This document shows positions 61,102 through 64,000 of a stretch of 64,000 nucleotides of DNA, one piece after another. Every line of letters starts with the position of its first letter. Within the stretch, counting starts at the first letter, position 1. The DNA is from Flavobacteriales bacterium. Its GTDB lineage: Bacteria > Bacteroidota > Bacteroidia > NS11-12g > UBA955. The notes under the pieces are model-generated. The model had not been told where the DNA came from, made no database searches, and saw only the letters and a program-made list of their open reading frames with translations. The translations under genes and the position numbers were made by a program. Where the stretch lies: NCBI GenBank assembly GCA_024643755.1, contig JAHEMG010000002.1:5834-69833 (forward strand), given 5' to 3'.

Positions 61102-62628
61102 TTATCTTCTGCGTTTGGTCTTTTTATCGATACCAGAACTTGGCAAGCCGTTGTATTTCTTCTTGCTGTTTCCTACTGGTGAACCAATGCGAATCATTGC
61201 ACAACGGAATCCGATGTTTGATTGGCTTTGTTTTTCATCCAAGTAACGACGGGTACCAGGAGATGCCCAATATACGCGATCGTTCCAAGATGCACCTTTG
61301 TAAACACGGGCTTTGTTGTTTACCAATGAGGTAACGCCGTATTCGTAGGTCATATCACCGTTATTGTAGTTCTCTTCGTCTTTGAAACCGATGTTATCCG
61401 CTTTTTTGTAGTTACGACGGTTCACGTTCTCACGCTCAGTTACGTCGCGGTACTGCAAACGACCCAAAGAATCTTTCTGTTCGATTACACCGTATTGATC
61501 CAAAACCAATGTTTTGTATACGTTGCCACGGAATGGCATGAATGCATCGAAATCTTCTTGTGACAAAGGACGGTAAACATCCATGGTCCACTCGGCCACG
61601 TTGCCTTCCATGTTATACAAACCGTAGGCGTTTGGCCAGTAAGAATAAACTTGGGTAGGTACGAAACCACCGTCGTTCAATGGACCACCAGCAACTCCAC
61701 CGAAGTCACCTTTACCCACCATGGCGTTCAAACGAATCTTACCACGATCTTTTTCTTTCTCTTCTTTGATACGAATGGTGTAATCGTTCCAACCGTAGAT
61801 TTTCTTTTGCTCTACGTTGTTGAAGTTAACATCACCAATGTTGGCTTGTGCAGCGTATTCCCACTCAGCTTCTGTAGGCAAACGGTATTCAGGCAACAAA
61901 ATACCATCTTCCATATTTACCTTGAAACGCTTTTGGTCTTTCTTCTTCTTTTTGCTGTAGTCATTCAAGGGTTTTTTACCCTTTTTGATGAAATCATACT
62001 GTCCGGCCAAGTAAGTTCTGGTGTGGAACGTATTATCATCGTTTGCATCGGTAACAACATCGTATTTGATGATGCCTTCACGATCCAAGATGGTTTCGTT
62101 CACACGTTCAGTTCTCCACTGGGCAAACTCAGAAGCTTGTTGCCAGTTTACACCAACCACCGGATAATCTTTGTACGATGGGTGACGGAAGTAGTACTCA
62201 ACGAAAGGTTCGTTGAATGCCAACTTGCTTCTCCAACACAAAGAATCGGGTAGGGCACGCTGATAAACTTCGGGATAGCTGATGTAAGTACGCATCAACC
62301 AATACACGTATTCACGGTATTGAAGGTTGCTAACTTCCACTTCATCCATGTAGAAAGAATTTACAGTAACGGTTCTTTCAGCATTGTTGTTGTCGAATTG
62401 AAGATCCTTTTCAGTAGAACCCATGGTGAATGATCCACCTTCTACCAAAACCAATCCTGGTCCAGTTTCTTGTCCTCTGTATTTGGGATTGGCAAAACCA
62501 CCCCATTTGGGACTGTTGTAGGCCTGACCTGTGGTCTTGCTTACATTCTTAGGACCGCAGGCGCTTGCGGCAACCATGGCTGCCACTGCCCAAATCCAAG
62601 TGCGATTTTTAACTAACACGGTTTGCAT
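61102..62628 (-). CDS. gldJ: gliding motility lipoprotein GldJ (SUMF1/FGE-fold)
   Basis: Lipobox ...MVAASACG. FGE-sulfatase-fold motifs are GGSFTMGS, YNMEGNVAEWT, RVYKGASW and GFRCA. It stands alone with no gldLMN downstream, which favours GldJ over its paralog GldK. Confidence 0.75.
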   Translation of the reverse strand: MQTVLVKNRTWIWAVAAMVAASACGPKNVSKTTGQAYNSPKWGGFANPKYRGQETGPGLVLVEGGSFTMGSTEKDLQFDNNNAERTVTVNSFYMDEVEVSNLQYREYVYWLMRTYISYPEVYQRALPDSLCWRSKLAFNEPFVEYYFRHPSYKDYPVVGVNWQQASEFAQWRTERVNETILDREGIIKYDVVTDANDDNTFHTRTYLAGQYDFIKKGKKPLNDYSKKKKKDQKRFKVNMEDGILLPEYRLPTEAEWEYAAQANIGDVNFNNVEQKKIYGWNDYTIRIKEEKEKDRGKIRLNAMVGKGDFGGVAGGPLNDGGFVPTQVYSYWPNAYGLYNMEGNVAEWTMDVYRPLSQEDFDAFMPFRGNVYKTLVLDQYGVIEQKDSLGRLQYRDVTERENVNRRNYKKADNIGFKDEENYNNGDMTYEYGVTSLVNNKARVYKGASWNDRVYWASPGTRRYLDEKQSQSNIGFRCAMIRIGSPVGNSKKKYNGLPSSGIDKKTKRRR

Positions 62629-62667
62629 TCTTTGTTTTTAATAACGACAGATTGTGTGTATTATTTG

Positions 62668-62675
62668 CAAATATA
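62668..62675 (-). promoter_or_regulatory. -7 box TATATTTG (minus strand) for gldJ
   Basis: Plus-strand CAAATATA is minus-strand TAtaTTTG, 39 nt upstream of the gldJ ATG and downstream of the porP/sprF terminator. Confidence 0.5.
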
Positions 62676-62696
62676 TATTTTTTTCCAACATTACCA

Positions 62697-62727
62697 ACAA
62701 AAAAGCCCAAGAGAACTTGGGCTTTTT
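62697..62727. terminator. intrinsic (bidirectional-looking) terminator after porP/sprF
   Basis: GCCCAAG-AGAA-CTTGGGC (62705-62722), flanked by A8 and T5 runs. Confidence 0.75.
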
Positions 62728-62758
62728 GCAAATATATTGTGAGGAAAATTGAGCAACT

Positions 62759-63763
62759 TTAAAATTCTGGACAACGCAAGGGTTTGAATGGCGTTCTTCC
62801 AGGAGGTACACACCAGTCAATGGTGGCACTTACTTCGTGTGAAGATGGAATCGCACTTCTACCATCGCTCACAGTAAAGTCATAGCTGTAACCAAATTTG
62901 AAGCGGTTCTTTCTAAATCCAACCAACATGATGATCGCATCTGAGTTTTTGAAAGCACCAAATGTTTGACGGAACCACAAACCTGTAACCAAAGGACCTT
63001 TGTTGGCGTAGAAACCCAAGTTCAACTGCGTGAAGTTTCTTTGCTTCATGAACAAGGCGTTGGGTGAGAAGGTGTTTTCTTCGAAACGACTGCGGGTCAA
63101 TGGAATCACTGCACCGGTATGAACGGTCATGCGCATCGGTTGAACCTCGTCAGGGTTGTTGTAGAAACTCCAGTTTGGCTCAATGATATTGTGAGCGGCA
63201 AAGCCCATGTAGAATTTGCTTGAATACATTACCCATCCTGCGTTGAAGTTGGGGTAGTTTTTGTTCAAACTCGCAGGTTGCTGTTCGCCAGTTGGCAATA
63301 CAAAGCCCTGAGTAGGGTTGATTTCGTCGGCAAAGTCCAAGTTGTTCCAGTTGATAGACTTCATGGTCAATGAACCCTGCAAACCAAAACGCATGTAGAT
63401 TCTACCGCGATCCAACGGCAATAAATAACTATATACTCCACTAATGGTAGTTGATGTTAACAACCCAGAACCTGCAATGTCGTGAAATACCATCGCACCC
63501 AATCCACCGCCTACACTTGGAATGTGCTGATCCCAAGATGCACAAAAAGAACGGAACGTTCCTGGCAAGTTGGGCCACTGGTTGCGATAGTTGGTAGCGA
63601 ATCTTCCCGCTGCACCATAAGCACAAACGGCAGATCCTGCCAATGCTGGGTTGGTATAAACAGGAGAGGCGTAGAACTGAGAAAGCTCCGGATCCTGGGC
63701 CTGTACAGTGAGAGCAACACTCCCAAGCAAGCCAAGACTAAGTACGCGTAATATTCTTTTCAT
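62759..63763 (-). CDS. PorP/SprF-family type IX secretion system membrane protein
   Basis: Signal peptide MKRILRVLSLGLLGSVALTVQAQ. This is followed by DPELSQFYASPVYTNPALAG, the N-terminal signature of TIGR03519 PorP/SprF. The rest has beta-barrel-like periodicity. Confidence 0.8.
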   Translation of the reverse strand: MKRILRVLSLGLLGSVALTVQAQDPELSQFYASPVYTNPALAGSAVCAYGAAGRFATNYRNQWPNLPGTFRSFCASWDQHIPSVGGGLGAMVFHDIAGSGLLTSTTISGVYSYLLPLDRGRIYMRFGLQGSLTMKSINWNNLDFADEINPTQGFVLPTGEQQPASLNKNYPNFNAGWVMYSSKFYMGFAAHNIIEPNWSFYNNPDEVQPMRMTVHTGAVIPLTRSRFEENTFSPNALFMKQRNFTQLNLGFYANKGPLVTGLWFRQTFGAFKNSDAIIMLVGFRKNRFKFGYSYDFTVSDGRSAIPSSHEVSATIDWCVPPGRTPFKPLRCPEF

Positions 63764-63917
63764 GTGGTACGTCTAACAAACTTACAAATAAAAACGAATC
63801 AACGCACAAATTATTGATTTAATCAACAAAGTTTCTAAATTTTATCGATTTCGTAGAGACGATGACAATATCATGACATTTAATATCCACGATTTTTAGT
63901 ACTTTTACGTTTTATTC

Positions 63918-64000
63918 ATGGTGAAAAAAATCAGTCTCTATCTTCTGCTGACCATCAGTTGTTTGTCCCAATTGGTTCAAGCTCAATCTTTCTTGAGCCA
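63918..64000 (+). CDS. 5' end of a secreted protein gene (partial, runs off the window)
   Basis: ATG 63918 gives MVKKISLYLLLTISCLSQLVQAQSFLS..., a classic signal peptide. A near -7 box TACTTTTA lies at 63899-63906. Confidence 0.5.
   Translation, partial: MVKKISLYLLLTISCLSQLVQAQSFLS

Noticed and set aside
61651-62253. 200-aa plus-strand ORF antisense to gldJ
   Set aside because: It is a shadow ORF inside a CDS with clear FGE-fold motifs on the minus strand.
62729-62736. Second minus-strand TATATTTG box between the porP/sprF stop and its terminator, considered as a promoter
   Set aside because: Transcription from it would run directly into the terminator hairpin 7 nt downstream. It more likely arises by chance from the T-run plus GCAAATATA (see the low-interest repeat finding).
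1-64000. Search for CRISPR arrays, transposases/integrases, phage genes, toxin-antitoxin pairs or known defence-system genes
   Set aside because: I saw no spaced direct-repeat arrays. No ORF has recombinase, transposase, nuclease-helicase or other defence-type motifs that I could recognise. tRNA genes are not flanked by integrase-like ORFs. The window reads as core chromosome.

Overview
This 64-kb chromosomal stretch has clear Bacteroidota hallmarks: T9SS/gliding genes (gldJ, porP/sprF, a type-B CTD cargo), DUF4295 after rpmB-rpmG, bshC, ExbB-ExbD-ExbD-TonB, and TAnnTTTG '-7' promoter boxes in front of many transcription units (all four tRNAs, rnpB, rplS, rpmB, gldJ). I call 55 protein-coding genes (one partial), 4 tRNAs (Leu-UAG, CAU, Lys-UUU, Gly-GCC), RNase P RNA, a programmed +1 frameshift in prfB, several intrinsic terminators and a few short repeat sets. 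The content is mostly housekeeping (dinB, rnhB, prfB, rplS, rpmB/G, ftsY, rimO, miaA, mutS, gatB) interleaved with envelope and transport genes. I saw no transposase, integrase, phage, CRISPR or recognisable defence genes. This is therefore not an obvious accessory island, and I cannot point to a convincingly new multi-gene system. Four loci are the most system-like and least explained. (1) A tightly packed porin-SulP-DabA-DabB operon (9.6-17.0 kb), plus a second SulP/beta-carbonic-anhydrase pair (39.1-41.4 kb) preceded by three ATGG-N7-CCAT inverted repeats. (2) A CarH/LitR-type MerR-B12 regulator set 4 bp head-to-head with an SDR-photolyase operon. (3) A heme-c::PHM/DBH-like copper monooxygenase lipoprotein flanked by a thioredoxin-fold lipoprotein and a translationally coupled GNAT-fold protein. 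(4) A ~1100-aa plug+barrel outer-membrane protein with a Gly/Met-rich insert and a Met-rich C-terminal tail, flanked by an AT3 acyltransferase and an SGNH-LysM protein. All functional calls rest on motif recognition by eye; no database search or folding program was run.
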